Source: an uncultured Rikenellaceae bacterium
GTDB taxonomy: Bacteria > Bacteroidota > Bacteroidia > Bacteroidales > VadinHA17
NCBI GenBank assembly: GCA_964535035.1
Contig: CAZHRV010000010.1
Location: 1-62,933 of the forward strand
Reading direction: 5' to 3'
Length of the DNA: 62,933 nt
Shown here: piece by piece, positions 35,111 to 45,939 of the stretch
Numbering within the stretch: the stretch's first letter is position 1
Layout of the letters: the number at the start of each line of letters is the position of its first letter
Made by a program: the position numbers and the translations under genes
Notes under the pieces: model-generated
What the model was told of the DNA's origin: nothing
Databases searched by the model: none
Seen by the model: only the letters and a program-made list of their open reading frames with translations

Positions 35111-37195
35111 ATGAAGTATTTTTTATATACTCTGACTTTTATTTTGATTTTCTCTACTTCTATTCTTAATGCACAATCTGATATCTCAATTCGCAAAAGG
35201 GATTTCAAAAAAGAGAAGCAGGGTTTCCGGGAAGCATGGAAGCATGTTAATGCCGGTGATGATTATTATATGGAAAAAAGCTTATGGTATGGCAGTGCTT
35301 ATGATGAATACCTTAAAGCATTAGCATACAATGGCAGCAATCCGGAATTGAATTACAAGACAGGTGTGGCGGCACTTTTCTCTGACAACAAGGAAGAGGC
35401 AGCCGGATTTTTTCTGAAAGCCATTGAACTGGATCTGGACGTTACTGATGATATCCACCTTCTTACGGGCAGAGCCCTTCAATATTCGGGTCAATACGAA
35501 AAGGCAATTGAAAATTATAATCTATACCTTGATTCCGGAATCAAAAAACCGAAGGAGGGCATAGCTGCCGCTAAGAAATATATTGAGGAATGTGCCTCAG
35601 CACTGGAGATAATAAAAGATACAATGAAACTGGAGATCAGAAATGCCGGTTCGGAAATCAACTCAAATTCTGATGATTACAGTGCTATCTTTTCTGCTGA
35701 CGGTGAAACAGTATACTTCGCCTCCAGACGTGAAATACCGGGAGCAAAAGCTAAATACGATGATTCAAAATTTGATGAGAATATTTTCTTCTCGGTAAGA
35801 AATAATAATACATGGACATTCCCTGTTAATCCAGGGAAGAAGCTAACTACAGATCTTTGTGAGACTCCCCTTTACCTGGCTCCCACAGGTGAGGAATTAT
35901 ATATATATGTCGGATATGAAAACGGAGGAGATATAAAAGTGTCGAAGAGAAAAAGAGGAAAATGGAAATCACCCTCATCTGTGCCTTTTAATATCAATAC
36001 CAGGGGGGCAGAGACATCACTTACATTTTCTCCGTCGGGTGATGAGGTTTGGTATGTCACTGACAAAGGAAAGAAAGGATTAGGTGGAAAAGATATTTAT
36101 ATGGTTGAAAAGGTTAATGACCACAAATGGTCGAAACCGGTGAATGCAGGCCCTATGATTAACACTGCTTTTGATGAGGAGTCACTCCGGTTTTCAGAAA
36201 ATGGCGACACTCTCTGGTTTGCTTCCCGGGGACATACTTCAATGGGCGGATACGATATTTTCTATAGCACTAGGAATCAGGCCGGCGTTTGGGAAAAAGC
36301 GATCAATTTCGGTTATCCTCTGAACACTCCCTGGGATGAGCTGTTCTTTCAACCGGTAGGGGATAATGACAGCTCCTTCTATTTTGTCTCAAACAGAAGC
36401 GGAGGAATGGGAGGTCTTGATATTTACAGCGGCAGAATACTTCCCCCCGAACCGGTTATTCTGCCGGTTGCTCCGCCTCAACCTGATACTGTTATCGTAA
36501 GAGATACTGTGGTGGTTGTAAAAGAAATTATTCCTGAACCTGAGCCTGTTATAGCGCCAGAACCTCCTGAGGAGGTATTATACCTCACAGGACGTGTGTC
36601 AGATTCGGAAACAGATGAACCGGTAATGGCAAAGATTGACATTATTGACTATTCCACCGATCTTGTCGCAGGCACAACCGCAAGTTCCGATGTGGATGGA
36701 AGTTACAGGATAAAACTGCCGGAGAAAAAATCATATATGGTTGACTTCAGGGCAAGCGGATTCCTGTCAGAAATGAAACGCGTAAATATACCTGAGACAT
36801 ATTCCGGTGTGTCATACAATCTTGATGTGTCGCTCATAAAGGTAAAAGTCGGTAAAAAAGTTGTTCTGAATAATATTCTCTTTGAGACAGGCAAGGCAGT
36901 GCTTACAGCAAGCTCATACACTGAACTGGATAGATTGCTTGGTATTCTGGAAGATAATCCGCTGATGCGTATTGAAATATCGGGACATACCGACAATACA
37001 GGAAGCTTAGCCCTGAACTTAAAGCTTTCTGAAACAAGGGCTCAGGCAGTGGTGGAATATCTTGTACAGAAAGGTATTGACCGTGCCCGTCTTGAATATA
37101 AGGGGTACGGACCGGATCAACCAATTGCAGATAATGCCACTGCAGAAGGGAGGAAAATGAACAGGAGGGTTGAATTTAAAATTCTGGAATTCTGA
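35111..37195 (+). CDS. OmpA-family outer-membrane-associated protein with TPR, TolB-like repeats, a Pro-rich linker and a C-terminal OmpA domain
   Basis: It has a signal peptide (start moved to MKYFLYT). The C-terminal OmpA motif reads ISGHTDNTGS...NRRVEF. Confidence 0.85.
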   Translation: MKYFLYTLTFILIFSTSILNAQSDISIRKRDFKKEKQGFREAWKHVNAGDDYYMEKSLWYGSAYDEYLKALAYNGSNPELNYKTGVAALFSDNKEEAAGFFLKAIELDLDVTDDIHLLTGRALQYSGQYEKAIENYNLYLDSGIKKPKEGIAAAKKYIEECASALEIIKDTMKLEIRNAGSEINSNSDDYSAIFSADGETVYFASRREIPGAKAKYDDSKFDENIFFSVRNNNTWTFPVNPGKKLTTDLCETPLYLAPTGEELYIYVGYENGGDIKVSKRKRGKWKSPSSVPFNINTRGAETSLTFSPSGDEVWYVTDKGKKGLGGKDIYMVEKVNDHKWSKPVNAGPMINTAFDEESLRFSENGDTLWFASRGHTSMGGYDIFYSTRNQAGVWEKAINFGYPLNTPWDELFFQPVGDNDSSFYFVSNRSGGMGGLDIYSGRILPPEPVILPVAPPQPDTVIVRDTVVVVKEIIPEPEPVIAPEPPEEVLYLTGRVSDSETDEPVMAKIDIIDYSTDLVAGTTASSDVDGSYRIKLPEKKSYMVDFRASGFLSEMKRVNIPETYSGVSYNLDVSLIKVKVGKKVVLNNILFETGKAVLTASSYTELDRLLGILEDNPLMRIEISGHTDNTGSLALNLKLSETRAQAVVEYLVQKGIDRARLEYKGYGPDQPIADNATAEGRKMNRRVEFKILEF

Positions 37196-37260
37196 TAATC
37201 ATCATTCTCTTTACTCTTAATCTTTACTTTTAACTTCACTCTTTATGATGAAATCTAAAG

Positions 37261-38373
37261 ATGTTAAAAATGAAAAACACTCCATTTACAGAATTCCACA
37301 TTAAAGCAGGCGCCAGAATGGTGCCTTTTGCCGGATATAACATGCCAGTTGAATTTTCCGGGATCAACGATGAGCATATTACAATAAGGGAAAAACTTGG
37401 GGTCTTTGATGTATCACATATGGGAGAATTCTGGATCACAGGACCTGATGCAACTGATTACCTTCAATATATAACATCAAACGATGTATCGCATCTCTTT
37501 AATGGAAAGATCCAGTATTCTTGCTTCCCAAATGGGAAGGGCGGCATTGTTGATGACCTGCTTGTATACAGGTTCAATCCTGAAAAATACCTTCTTGTTG
37601 TTAATGCTGCAAATATCGAAAAAGACTGGAACTGGTGCCTTAAGCATGCCTCGGAATTTGGTATGGTTCCGGGAAAAGACCTTATAAATGCATCTGATGA
37701 AACTGCACAATTAGGCATACAGGGTCCGCTTGCGCTGAAAGCAATGCAAATGCTGACAGAATACCCTGTTACTGATATGGAATATTATACTTTCAGGGAG
37801 ATTGAATTTGCCGGCATTAAGAATGTTCTGTTCTCTATAACCGGTTATACCGGAGCCGGAGGATGTGAAATATATGTCGAAAATAAAGATGGTCAAAGAT
37901 TATGGAATGCTGTCTTTAATGCAGGAAGTGAGTTTGGCATCAAACCTGCAGGACTTGGAGCACGGGATACTCTGAGGCTTGAAATGGGATATTGTCTTTA
38001 CGGAAATGATATAAATGACCAGACATCACCAATAGAAGCAGGATTGGGTTGGATTACCAAATTCACTGATTCAAAGAATTTTATCGATAAAGAATTTCTT
38101 CTGAAACAAAAAAACGAGGGGGTTGACAGAAGGCTGAAAGGATTTGTAATGATTGATCGTGGAATTCCGCGCCAGCATTATAAAGTTGTTGATGAAAACG
38201 GAAATATGATCGGAGAGGTTACATCAGGAACAATGTCGCCGATGCTGAAACAGGGTATCGGGATGGCATACCTTGCTAAGGGATTCTGGAAACCTGATAC
38301 GGGAATATTCATCCGTATCAGGAACAAAGACCTTAAAGCCAAAGTAGTAAACTTTCCATTTTATAATAAATAA
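37261..38373 (+). CDS. gcvT: Glycine cleavage system aminomethyltransferase GcvT
   Basis: 370 aa with [26 protein letters not shown] and FDVSHMGEF. Confidence 0.93.
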   Translation: MLKMKNTPFTEFHIKAGARMVPFAGYNMPVEFSGINDEHITIREKLGVFDVSHMGEFWITGPDATDYLQYITSNDVSHLFNGKIQYSCFPNGKGGIVDDLLVYRFNPEKYLLVVNAANIEKDWNWCLKHASEFGMVPGKDLINASDETAQLGIQGPLALKAMQMLTEYPVTDMEYYTFREIEFAGIKNVLFSITGYTGAGGCEIYVENKDGQRLWNAVFNAGSEFGIKPAGLGARDTLRLEMGYCLYGNDINDQTSPIEAGLGWITKFTDSKNFIDKEFLLKQKNEGVDRRLKGFVMIDRGIPRQHYKVVDENGNMIGEVTSGTMSPMLKQGIGMAYLAKGFWKPDTGIFIRIRNKDLKAKVVNFPFYNK

Positions 38374-38430
38374 TGACAATAAAACAATAACTCCCTAACG
38401 CCTTGATATATATCGAAATAAATTACTCTG

Positions 38431-39171
38431 ATGGTAAAACGTAAGCTTGAGACCTGTTTTTCACCGGCTTTATATGAACCTGATCAGCATGCAGATTCAA
38501 TTGTAGTGGTTATCGATATCCTGCGTGCTACATCAGCTATTTGTACGGCATTTGCCAACGGGGCAGCTTCAATAATTCCGGTAGCTGAAATAGACGAGGC
38601 AAAGGAATATAAGAAGCAGGGTTATCTTGTAGCGGCTGAACGCGACGGATTTGTCCTTGATTTTGCTGATTTTGGCAACTCCCCTTTTAATTTCACACGC
38701 GAAAAAGTAGAAGGCAGGACAATAGTATACAGTACTACGAATGGTACAGGTATAATAAAAATGGCAGCCTCAGCAAATGCAATAGTAATCGGTTCTTTCC
38801 TGAATATAAGCGCCCTAACCGGATGGATAATAAACCAGGAAAAGGATGTCGTTCTATTCTGTGCAGGATGGAAGAACAGGTTTAACCTTGAAGACACCAT
38901 TTGTGCCGGTGCTATGGCTGAAAGACTCATGAACAGCAGCCTGTACCATACCATATGCGATTCTACCCTGGCTTCACTCGATTTATGGTCATTGGCAAAA
39001 AATGATCTTTCAGGTTATATCGAAAAGGTTGCACATCGCACACGGCTGAAAGATAAAGGTCTGGATGACTGTATCCATTTCTGTCTAACATCCGATTTTA
39101 CTGATAAGATACCTGTGATAAAGAATGGGATTCTTGTTAATGATCTTTCTAATTTATTTAATTACTTGTAA
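38431..39171 (+). CDS. comB: 2-phosphosulfolactate phosphatase family protein
   Basis: 246 aa with VVVIDILRATSAI. Confidence 0.75.
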   Translation: MVKRKLETCFSPALYEPDQHADSIVVVIDILRATSAICTAFANGAASIIPVAEIDEAKEYKKQGYLVAAERDGFVLDFADFGNSPFNFTREKVEGRTIVYSTTNGTGIIKMAASANAIVIGSFLNISALTGWIINQEKDVVLFCAGWKNRFNLEDTICAGAMAERLMNSSLYHTICDSTLASLDLWSLAKNDLSGYIEKVAHRTRLKDKGLDDCIHFCLTSDFTDKIPVIKNGILVNDLSNLFNYL

Positions 39172-39252
39172 ATCTTTTAACACAGGAGATAGTATTATAA
39201 ATAGTTTTACACGAACCATAGTTTGCATTTATTAATTTCTAACTGAAATATA

Positions 39253-40326
39253 ATGATGAAAAAACACAATTTTTATGCAGGTCCTTCAATATTGCCTCAA
39301 TACACTCTTGATAAAACAATAGAAGGAATAAAAGATTTTGCGGGCTCGGGATTATCCGTTCTGGAGATCTCTCACCGCAGCAGGGAATTTGTTGCATGCA
39401 TGAATGATACTATTGCACTTGTTAAGGAGTTACTTGAGATACCTTCAGATTACCATGTCATTTTCCTGAGCGGAGGGGCCAGCCTGCAGTTTACAATGGT
39501 GCCGATGAACATGCTGGTTAAGAAATCAGCATATCTGGTTACAGGTTCATGGGCCAGCAAAGCCTTCAAGGAGGCTAAGATCTATGGTGAAGCTGTTGAG
39601 GCGGCTTCCTCCAAAGACAGGAATTTCAGTTATTTACCAAAAAACTATGTTGTACCATCCGACGTCGATTATTTTCATATTACTACCAACAATACAATAT
39701 TTGGTACAGAAATTAAGAAGGACCCGGATGCAGGCGTACCTCTTGTGGCAGATATGTCGTCCGATATATTCAGCAGACCTGTTGATATTTCAAAATATGC
39801 CATTATATATGCAGGAGCACAGAAAAACCTTGCACCTGCCGGGGTGACACTTGTCATTATTAAGGACGATGTTCTTGGAAAAGTTACACGGCCGATCCCG
39901 ACAATATTGGACTACAGAACCCATATAATATCAGAATCGATGTTCAACACTCCCCCGGTTTTTGCCGTTTTTGCTGCACAGCAAACCCTCATTTGGCTGA
40001 AAGAGCTTGGCGGAGTTAAAGAAATGCAGAAACGTAACATTGAAAAGGCACAGTTGCTTTATGATGAAATTGACAGAAATAAGCTGTTCGTTCCAACCAT
40101 AAAGGATCCTGAGGATCGTTCAATTATGAATATATGCTTTGTTATGGCCGACGAATATAAGGAACTTGAACAATCTTTTTCTGATTTTGCAAAATCAAAA
40201 GGCATAACAGGTATTGCAGGACACCGTTCGGTAGGTGGTTTCAGGGCCTCTACCTATAATGCCCTGCCGAGGGAAAGTGTTGAGGCTCTTATTGAAACAA
40301 TGAAGGAATTTGAGAAGAGCAACTAA
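39253..40326 (+). CDS. serC: 3-phosphoserine aminotransferase
   Basis: 357 aa with [10 protein letters not shown] and [12 protein letters not shown]. Confidence 0.92.
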   Translation: MMKKHNFYAGPSILPQYTLDKTIEGIKDFAGSGLSVLEISHRSREFVACMNDTIALVKELLEIPSDYHVIFLSGGASLQFTMVPMNMLVKKSAYLVTGSWASKAFKEAKIYGEAVEAASSKDRNFSYLPKNYVVPSDVDYFHITTNNTIFGTEIKKDPDAGVPLVADMSSDIFSRPVDISKYAIIYAGAQKNLAPAGVTLVIIKDDVLGKVTRPIPTILDYRTHIISESMFNTPPVFAVFAAQQTLIWLKELGGVKEMQKRNIEKAQLLYDEIDRNKLFVPTIKDPEDRSIMNICFVMADEYKELEQSFSDFAKSKGITGIAGHRSVGGFRASTYNALPRESVEALIETMKEFEKSN

Positions 40327-40340
40327 AGAATACACATAGA

Positions 40341-41261
40341 ATGAAGATCCTTGTTGCAACCAAAAAACCATTTTCCCCTGTAGCTGTACGGCAAATTCGT
40401 GAAGTAACTGAAGCAGCAGGTTTTAAGCTTGTATTGCTCGAAAATTATACTGATAATTCACTATTTCTGAATGCAGTCACTGATGTTGATGGCTTAATAG
40501 TAAGAAGTGATGAAGTTACGAATGAGGTCTTAAATGCCGCTAAACAACTAAAAATTGTGGTTCGTGCAGGAGCGGGATATAATAACCTTGACCTTCAGTC
40601 ATGTACAGCACATAATATTGTTGCAATTAATACTCCCGGACAGAATGCCAATGCAGTCGCGGAACTTGTTTTCGAATTAATTCTGTATAAGATACGCGGC
40701 GGATTCAGCGGTAAAACAGGCAGTGAACTAAGGGGTAAAACACTAGGATTACATGGTTTTGGTAATGTGGGGAAATATGTTGCTGATATTGCCCGCGGAT
40801 TTGGTATGGATATTTATGCGTATGATCCTTTTGTCAGTGAAAGAATAATGAAGAATAACAGTGCAAAGCAAAGTACCAATGTCGATGATATGTACTCGAG
40901 ATGTCAGTACATTTCACTCCATATGCCCCTTAATGACAGAACCAGAAAATTAATAGGGTATGAATTACTTAAAAAGATGCCCCGGCATGGAGTGCTTATC
41001 AATACAGCAAGAAAAGAACTGATTGATGAAGAAGGTATTCTGAAAATCTTTGAAGAACGCGAAGACCTTTCATATCTATCTGATATTGAACCTGATTGCA
41101 AAAGTATCTTTAAAAAGAAGTATAATGGAAGATTTATTTTTACTGCCAAAAAGATGGGTGCACAGACAGAAGAGGCAAATATTAATGCCGGCGCAGCAGC
41201 TGCAAGACAAATAGTAGATTATTTCACCAGGGGAGTTGAAAAATACAGGTTAAATAAGTAG
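40341..41261 (+). CDS. serA: D-3-phosphoglycerate dehydrogenase-type 2-hydroxyacid dehydrogenase
   Basis: 306 aa with the NAD motif GLHGFGNVG. It is adjacent to serC. Confidence 0.8.
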   Translation: MKILVATKKPFSPVAVRQIREVTEAAGFKLVLLENYTDNSLFLNAVTDVDGLIVRSDEVTNEVLNAAKQLKIVVRAGAGYNNLDLQSCTAHNIVAINTPGQNANAVAELVFELILYKIRGGFSGKTGSELRGKTLGLHGFGNVGKYVADIARGFGMDIYAYDPFVSERIMKNNSAKQSTNVDDMYSRCQYISLHMPLNDRTRKLIGYELLKKMPRHGVLINTARKELIDEEGILKIFEEREDLSYLSDIEPDCKSIFKKKYNGRFIFTAKKMGAQTEEANINAGAAAARQIVDYFTRGVEKYRLNK

Positions 41262-41274
41262 AAATAAATTGCTT

Positions 41275-42525
41275 ATGGCAATTGTAAAACCATTCAAGGG
41301 ATTAAGACCTCCCCGCGTTATAGCTGAAGATCTTGTATGCCTGCCCTATGATGTAATGAATACAGAAGAGGCAAGGGCAATGGCAAAAGGTAAAGAATGC
41401 TCATTGCTTCATATAACAAGAGCAGAAATAGACCTGCCGGCAGATATTGACGCTCATTCTGAAGAGGTATATAAGAAATCGGTAACCAATTTCGCTCTCT
41501 GGCAGAAAAAGGGCTGGCTGTTACAGGATAAGGAACCTCATTTTTATATTTATGCTCAAACTATGGCAGATCGCACACAATATGGTATTGTTGGATGTGC
41601 TTCAGTTGATGACTACCTGGAGGATAGAATTAAAAAGCACGAGCTTACAAGGCCCGATAAGGAACAGGACAGAATGATCCATATAAGAACAAATAATGCC
41701 AACATCGAACCGGTATTCCTGGCGTATCCTGCTGTAAAAGAGATAGATGCCATTGTTGAAAAAATTATAAGAAAAGAAAAACCTGAATATAATTTCACTA
41801 CTGAAGACGGATTTGGACACCATTTCCGGGTGGTTCGTGATTGTGATACCAACAAACAGATCGAGAAGCTGTTTGCAACGAAAGTGCCCTGTACATATGT
41901 CGCTGACGGTCATCACAGAACAGCCGCCGCCGCTCTTGTCGGGAAGGAGAAACGTGAAAACAATCCCAAACATGATGGGACTGAAGAATATAATTACTTC
42001 CTGGCAGTTCATTTCCCCGATAATCAGCTTCAAATAATAGACTACAACAGAACAATAAAGGATCTTAACGGATTAACGGCTGAAGAATTCCTTTCACGTC
42101 TCGAAAAGGCTTTTGAAATAAAAAATAAGGGAGCCAGAATATATAAACCCCGCAGGCTTCATAATTTTTCAATGTATCTCGAAGGAAACTGGTATAGTCT
42201 TTCAGCACGAAAAGGAACCTATGATGATAACGATCCTGTAGGCAGCCTTGATGTTACAATCCTGACAAACCAGATACTTACCCCGATCCTTGACATACAG
42301 GATTTACGGAGATCAAAACGTATTGATTTTGTAGGTGGTATACGCGGTATAAGGAGACTTAAAAACAGGGTTGACAACGGTGAGATGAAGGTGGCATTTG
42401 CACTATATCCCGTTACAATGAAACAGCTGATAACAATCGCCGATTCAGGTAATATAATGCCTCCAAAGACCACATGGTTTGAGCCTAAATTGAGAAGCGG
42501 ACTGGTGATACATTTGCTTGAATAA
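41275..42525 (+). CDS. DUF1015-family protein
   Basis: It starts MAIVKPFKGLRP. serC-serA-DUF1015 is a recurrent Bacteroidota arrangement. Confidence 0.75.
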   Translation: MAIVKPFKGLRPPRVIAEDLVCLPYDVMNTEEARAMAKGKECSLLHITRAEIDLPADIDAHSEEVYKKSVTNFALWQKKGWLLQDKEPHFYIYAQTMADRTQYGIVGCASVDDYLEDRIKKHELTRPDKEQDRMIHIRTNNANIEPVFLAYPAVKEIDAIVEKIIRKEKPEYNFTTEDGFGHHFRVVRDCDTNKQIEKLFATKVPCTYVADGHHRTAAAALVGKEKRENNPKHDGTEEYNYFLAVHFPDNQLQIIDYNRTIKDLNGLTAEEFLSRLEKAFEIKNKGARIYKPRRLHNFSMYLEGNWYSLSARKGTYDDNDPVGSLDVTILTNQILTPILDIQDLRRSKRIDFVGGIRGIRRLKNRVDNGEMKVAFALYPVTMKQLITIADSGNIMPPKTTWFEPKLRSGLVIHLLE

Positions 42526-42560
42526 TCTATAATTCTTCTCGAATTACAAACATGTTTTGT

Positions 42561-42568
42561 TATTTTTG
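42561..42568 (+). promoter_or_regulatory. Bacteroidota -7 promoter motif TATTTTTG
   Basis: Lies 19 nt upstream of the yggS start. Confidence 0.45.
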
Positions 42569-42587
42569 CTCTATCTGATTTCTTATC

Positions 42588-43256
42588 ATGCCGGATATTG
42601 CATCAAATATTATTTCCCTGAAACAGGAGTTACCAAATCATGTTAAGCTTGTAGCGGTCTCTAAAACAAAGACTGTTGGTAATATCCTTGAGGTATATAA
42701 TACAGGACAGAGGATTTTCGGAGAGAACCGATTCCGGGAACTTACAGAAAAGAAGGAAAAGCTGCCGGGAGATATTGAATGGCATTTTGTCGGGCATCTC
42801 CAGAGCAACAAGGTGAAATATATAGTTCCCTTTATTGCTATGATACAATCAGTTGATACCTTCAGGCTTCTCATGATCATTAACAAAGAAGCCTCCAGAG
42901 TTAACAGGGTGATAGACTGCCTCATGCAATTCCATATTGCAAGGGAGGAAACAAAATTCGGCTTTAGCATGGACGAAGTAAAGGAGATGATGGGATCGGA
43001 AGAATTCAGCCAGCTTGACCATGTGAGGTTATGTGGAGTGATGGGAATGGCTACTTTTACCGATAATCATGAACAAGTGAGGCAGGAATTCAAATGCCTG
43101 TATGGCTATTTTAATGAACTGAAAAACATGTATTTCCATGATCAATCGTCATTCAGTGAAGTATCAATGGGAATGTCGGGCGATTACAGGATAGCTATTG
43201 AAGAAGGAAGTACAATGATAAGGATTGGAAGTATTATATTTGGGGAAAGAGATTGA
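42588..43256 (+). CDS. yggS: YggS-family pyridoxal-phosphate homeostasis protein
   Basis: 222 aa with LVAVSKTK (PLP lysine) and HFVGHLQSNK. Confidence 0.9.
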   Translation: MPDIASNIISLKQELPNHVKLVAVSKTKTVGNILEVYNTGQRIFGENRFRELTEKKEKLPGDIEWHFVGHLQSNKVKYIVPFIAMIQSVDTFRLLMIINKEASRVNRVIDCLMQFHIAREETKFGFSMDEVKEMMGSEEFSQLDHVRLCGVMGMATFTDNHEQVRQEFKCLYGYFNELKNMYFHDQSSFSEVSMGMSGDYRIAIEEGSTMIRIGSIIFGERD

Positions 43257-43291
43257 TTGGTTATTCATAATTAGTTATTGGTTATTAGTGA
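43257..43291. repeat. Heptanucleotide tandem array (TTRGTTA-like)x5
   Basis: TTGGTTA TTCATAA TTAGTTA TTGGTTA TTAGTGA starts on the base after the yggS TGA stop. Confidence 0.7.
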
Positions 43292-43311
43292 ATTAAATAA
43301 TTTATGAGTAT

Positions 43312-44289
43312 ATGGAGAAACTATCTGTGAAATACCTGGGTCTGGAACTTAAAAGCCCTCTTATTGTCAGCAGCAGCAGGCTTACATCGACACCCGGATT
43401 ACTTAAGGAGGCAGAAGATAGCGGCGCGGGCGCCGTTGTTCTTAAATCGCTTTTTGAAGAACAGATAAATTATCATATTAGTACTATACACTCATCAGGG
43501 GGTTACCCTGAGGCTGATGATTATCTGGCAAATTACATTAAATCCAATTCTGTTGAAGAATACCTTACCCTTATAAGAAAAGCGAAGGAAATCCTAAGTA
43601 TTCCGGTTATACCCAGCATAAACTGCTTTTCAACTGAAGGATGGACAGGTTTTGCAAAAAATATTGTTGGTGCAGGAGCAGATGCACTCGAGATAAATGT
43701 CTTTTTCCTTCCCCTCGACAGGAAGAAAAACTCAGTTGATTCAGAAAAAATTTATTTCGAGCTGATTGAAAAACTGAAAAAAGAGGTGAAAATACCAATT
43801 GCTATGAAGATAGGATTCAGGTTTTCCAATATCCTGTATATGATTGATCAGTTCTATATGAGAGGAGTAAATGGGATAGTTTTGTTCAACAGGTTTTATG
43901 AACCCGATATAAATATAGATAAAGTCGATATTGTTCCTGCTGCCATATTCAGCACAGAAAGTGAAAGAAGACATGTACTCAGATGGATTGCTATGACAAG
44001 CGCACAGGATATAAAAATAGATATCTCAGCATCAACCGGGGTACATAGCGGTGCTGATGCTGTAAGATACCTGCTCGCCGGTGCCCATTCAGTACAGGTT
44101 TGTTCGGTATTGTATAATAAGGGTATACATTTTATTAAGGAGATGAACAAACAAATAGAAACATGGATGGACAGAAAAGGATTCGGATCAGTAGATGAAT
44201 TCAGGGGGAAGCTTAACATGCGGAATTATGAAAAACCAGTGGTTTATGAAAGAACCCAGTTCATGAAATACTTCTCATCGCACGATTAA
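43312..44289 (+). CDS. Dihydroorotate dehydrogenase-like TIM-barrel protein
   Basis: 325 aa with LKSPLIVSSS. The length and pattern fit the PyrD-like family. Confidence 0.7.
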   Translation: MEKLSVKYLGLELKSPLIVSSSRLTSTPGLLKEAEDSGAGAVVLKSLFEEQINYHISTIHSSGGYPEADDYLANYIKSNSVEEYLTLIRKAKEILSIPVIPSINCFSTEGWTGFAKNIVGAGADALEINVFFLPLDRKKNSVDSEKIYFELIEKLKKEVKIPIAMKIGFRFSNILYMIDQFYMRGVNGIVLFNRFYEPDINIDKVDIVPAAIFSTESERRHVLRWIAMTSAQDIKIDISASTGVHSGADAVRYLLAGAHSVQVCSVLYNKGIHFIKEMNKQIETWMDRKGFGSVDEFRGKLNMRNYEKPVVYERTQFMKYFSSHD

Positions 44290-44514
44290 CTATTTGTCAG
44301 GTATTGAGATAAGTTCCAGTGTCAGGGTATCTTTATCATGAATAAAAGAGAGAGGATTATGGCAAGTTCTCTGAGCTTTTTATCCGACTTTATCAAATCT
44401 GAAGAATTTTAATTTAGTTTAAATGAAATCAATTACATGGCACTGTTTTTGAAAAATAAAAATAATATACTAATTTAGTCGTTAATTAAGTTTAGAAAAT
44501 TAAATATTTAAATT

Positions 44515-45432
44515 ATGAATAAAAAGTACAGAATTAATTCGGGTATTTTGTTTGTATTCATACTGATCCTCAGTTTTCTTACCGCCTGTAAAGGTGGTAA
44601 AAAAGCACCCGAGGAGGAGATCCCGGTTGAAATACCACAGGATAATACAGCAATATTAAAGGATATTAAGCAGGCAGAGAAGATTTTCAATGCGTTACCT
44701 TCCCCTCTTGAGTCAGCAATGCTTATTAAATCTGCGGGGGCAAGATTCGATGAAGCCCTGCTGAACCCGGTTACCAGTGTTAATACATATGTAACAAGCA
44801 AGTCAATGGCTCTTAACCTGGGTGCTTACACATGCGATCTGAGCTTTGCAAGTTTATACGAACAAACCCAGCTCCTGATCGACTATATGAATGCAGCTAA
44901 GAAAATGGCTGATGGACTGGGTATCCTGAAGGCCATTGAACAGGAGGATATTGACCGGCTTGAGGAAAATATCAACAACAGTGAGGTTATCATGGACATT
45001 GTATCCCAGACCTTCATGAATTCAAATTCATACCTCGAAGATAATGGACAGCCCGCAACTGCTGCCATGGTACTGGTTGGAGGATGGGTGGAAGGACTTT
45101 ATATTTCTACTCAGCTGGTTGATAAGAAAGAGTTAAATACCAATAAACTGGTAGGAAGGATCATCGATCAGAAACTTTCAATCGACATACTGCTGAATCT
45201 TCTTGATAGTAGTAAAGGAAATCCTGCTGTAGATGAACTGATGATCGAAGTAGCAAAACTTAAAAATGTTTTCGACAAGATAAAGATTAATACATCACCT
45301 GTCAGACCTGAATTTGATCCTGCCTCAAACACTACAGTATTGAAATCTGAAGTAAAGACAGATATGACTCAGGAGGTATTTTTGGAACTTTCAGTTGTAG
45401 TTGCTGAGATCAGAAATTCATTTGTAAAATAA
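44515..45432 (+). CDS. Hypothetical helical lipoprotein
   Basis: 305 aa with the lipobox LTAC. I recognise no family. Confidence 0.5.
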   Translation: MNKKYRINSGILFVFILILSFLTACKGGKKAPEEEIPVEIPQDNTAILKDIKQAEKIFNALPSPLESAMLIKSAGARFDEALLNPVTSVNTYVTSKSMALNLGAYTCDLSFASLYEQTQLLIDYMNAAKKMADGLGILKAIEQEDIDRLEENINNSEVIMDIVSQTFMNSNSYLEDNGQPATAAMVLVGGWVEGLYISTQLVDKKELNTNKLVGRIIDQKLSIDILLNLLDSSKGNPAVDELMIEVAKLKNVFDKIKINTSPVRPEFDPASNTTVLKSEVKTDMTQEVFLELSVVVAEIRNSFVK

Positions 45433-45438
45433 AATGCT

Positions 45439-45882
45439 ATGAGACTATTAAAGACTATATCACTTATTATATTATTTGTCTTTGCCTTAAATAGTTATAC
45501 TGATGCTCAGTGTAAGGCATTTGCCAGGAAAGAGTGTCTTCCTGAACTTGCCAGCTATACACATGACGGGAACTACCATGCAGCAGTCCTTATTGAAGGC
45601 GAAGAGGCAGAACTATATAAAACATTTTACTCCGATATGGAGTACAGGGTTGCAATAGTTGGTGAGGGCAGCCTTCCTGCCATCGAGTTTAAAATCATGG
45701 ATATAAATAAAAATGTTCTCTATTCGAACAAGGAAAATAACTATGCCAGCACATGGGATTTTAAACTTGAATCGAGTCAGCAGTTAAAACTTGTGATAAA
45801 GGTTTCATCCTTTAACCAGGCCGGTGATACACCTGCAAGCGGATGTGTTGCTATAATGTTCGGATTTAAACTGAATAAATAA
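45439..45882 (+). CDS. Hypothetical secreted protein
   Basis: 147 aa with a signal peptide. It starts 7 nt after the preceding gene. Confidence 0.5.
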   Translation: MRLLKTISLIILFVFALNSYTDAQCKAFARKECLPELASYTHDGNYHAAVLIEGEEAELYKTFYSDMEYRVAIVGEGSLPAIEFKIMDINKNVLYSNKENNYASTWDFKLESSQQLKLVIKVSSFNQAGDTPASGCVAIMFGFKLNK

Positions 45883-45903
45883 TATCTTAAGCAGAAAATA
45901 TTA

Positions 45904-45934
45904 CAGGGACGTTGTATGCATCGTCCCTGTTTTT
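45904..45934 (+). terminator. Intrinsic terminator
   Basis: CAGGGACG-loop-CGTCCCTG followed by TTTTT. Confidence 0.7.
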
Positions 45935-45939
45935 CGCCC

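Noticed and set aside
34960-35208. 82-aa minus-strand ORF overlapping the Hpt promoter region and the OmpA-family gene start.
   Set aside because: It is an AT-rich low-complexity artefact that overlaps a better-supported gene and a promoter motif.
37203-37244. CTCTTTA/CTCTTAA/TCTTTAC-type periodic tract after the OmpA-family gene stop.
   Set aside because: It is only loosely period-7, with spacing that drifts between 6 and 7 nt. It is too degenerate to call, so it is mentioned only as a weak relative of the arrays.
37196-37260. Glycine riboswitch upstream of gcvT.
   Set aside because: The leader is only about 65 nt and lacks the conserved glycine-aptamer elements.
41602-42055. Minus-strand ORFs of 143, 80 and 85 aa.
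   Set aside because: They run antisense within the DUF1015 gene.
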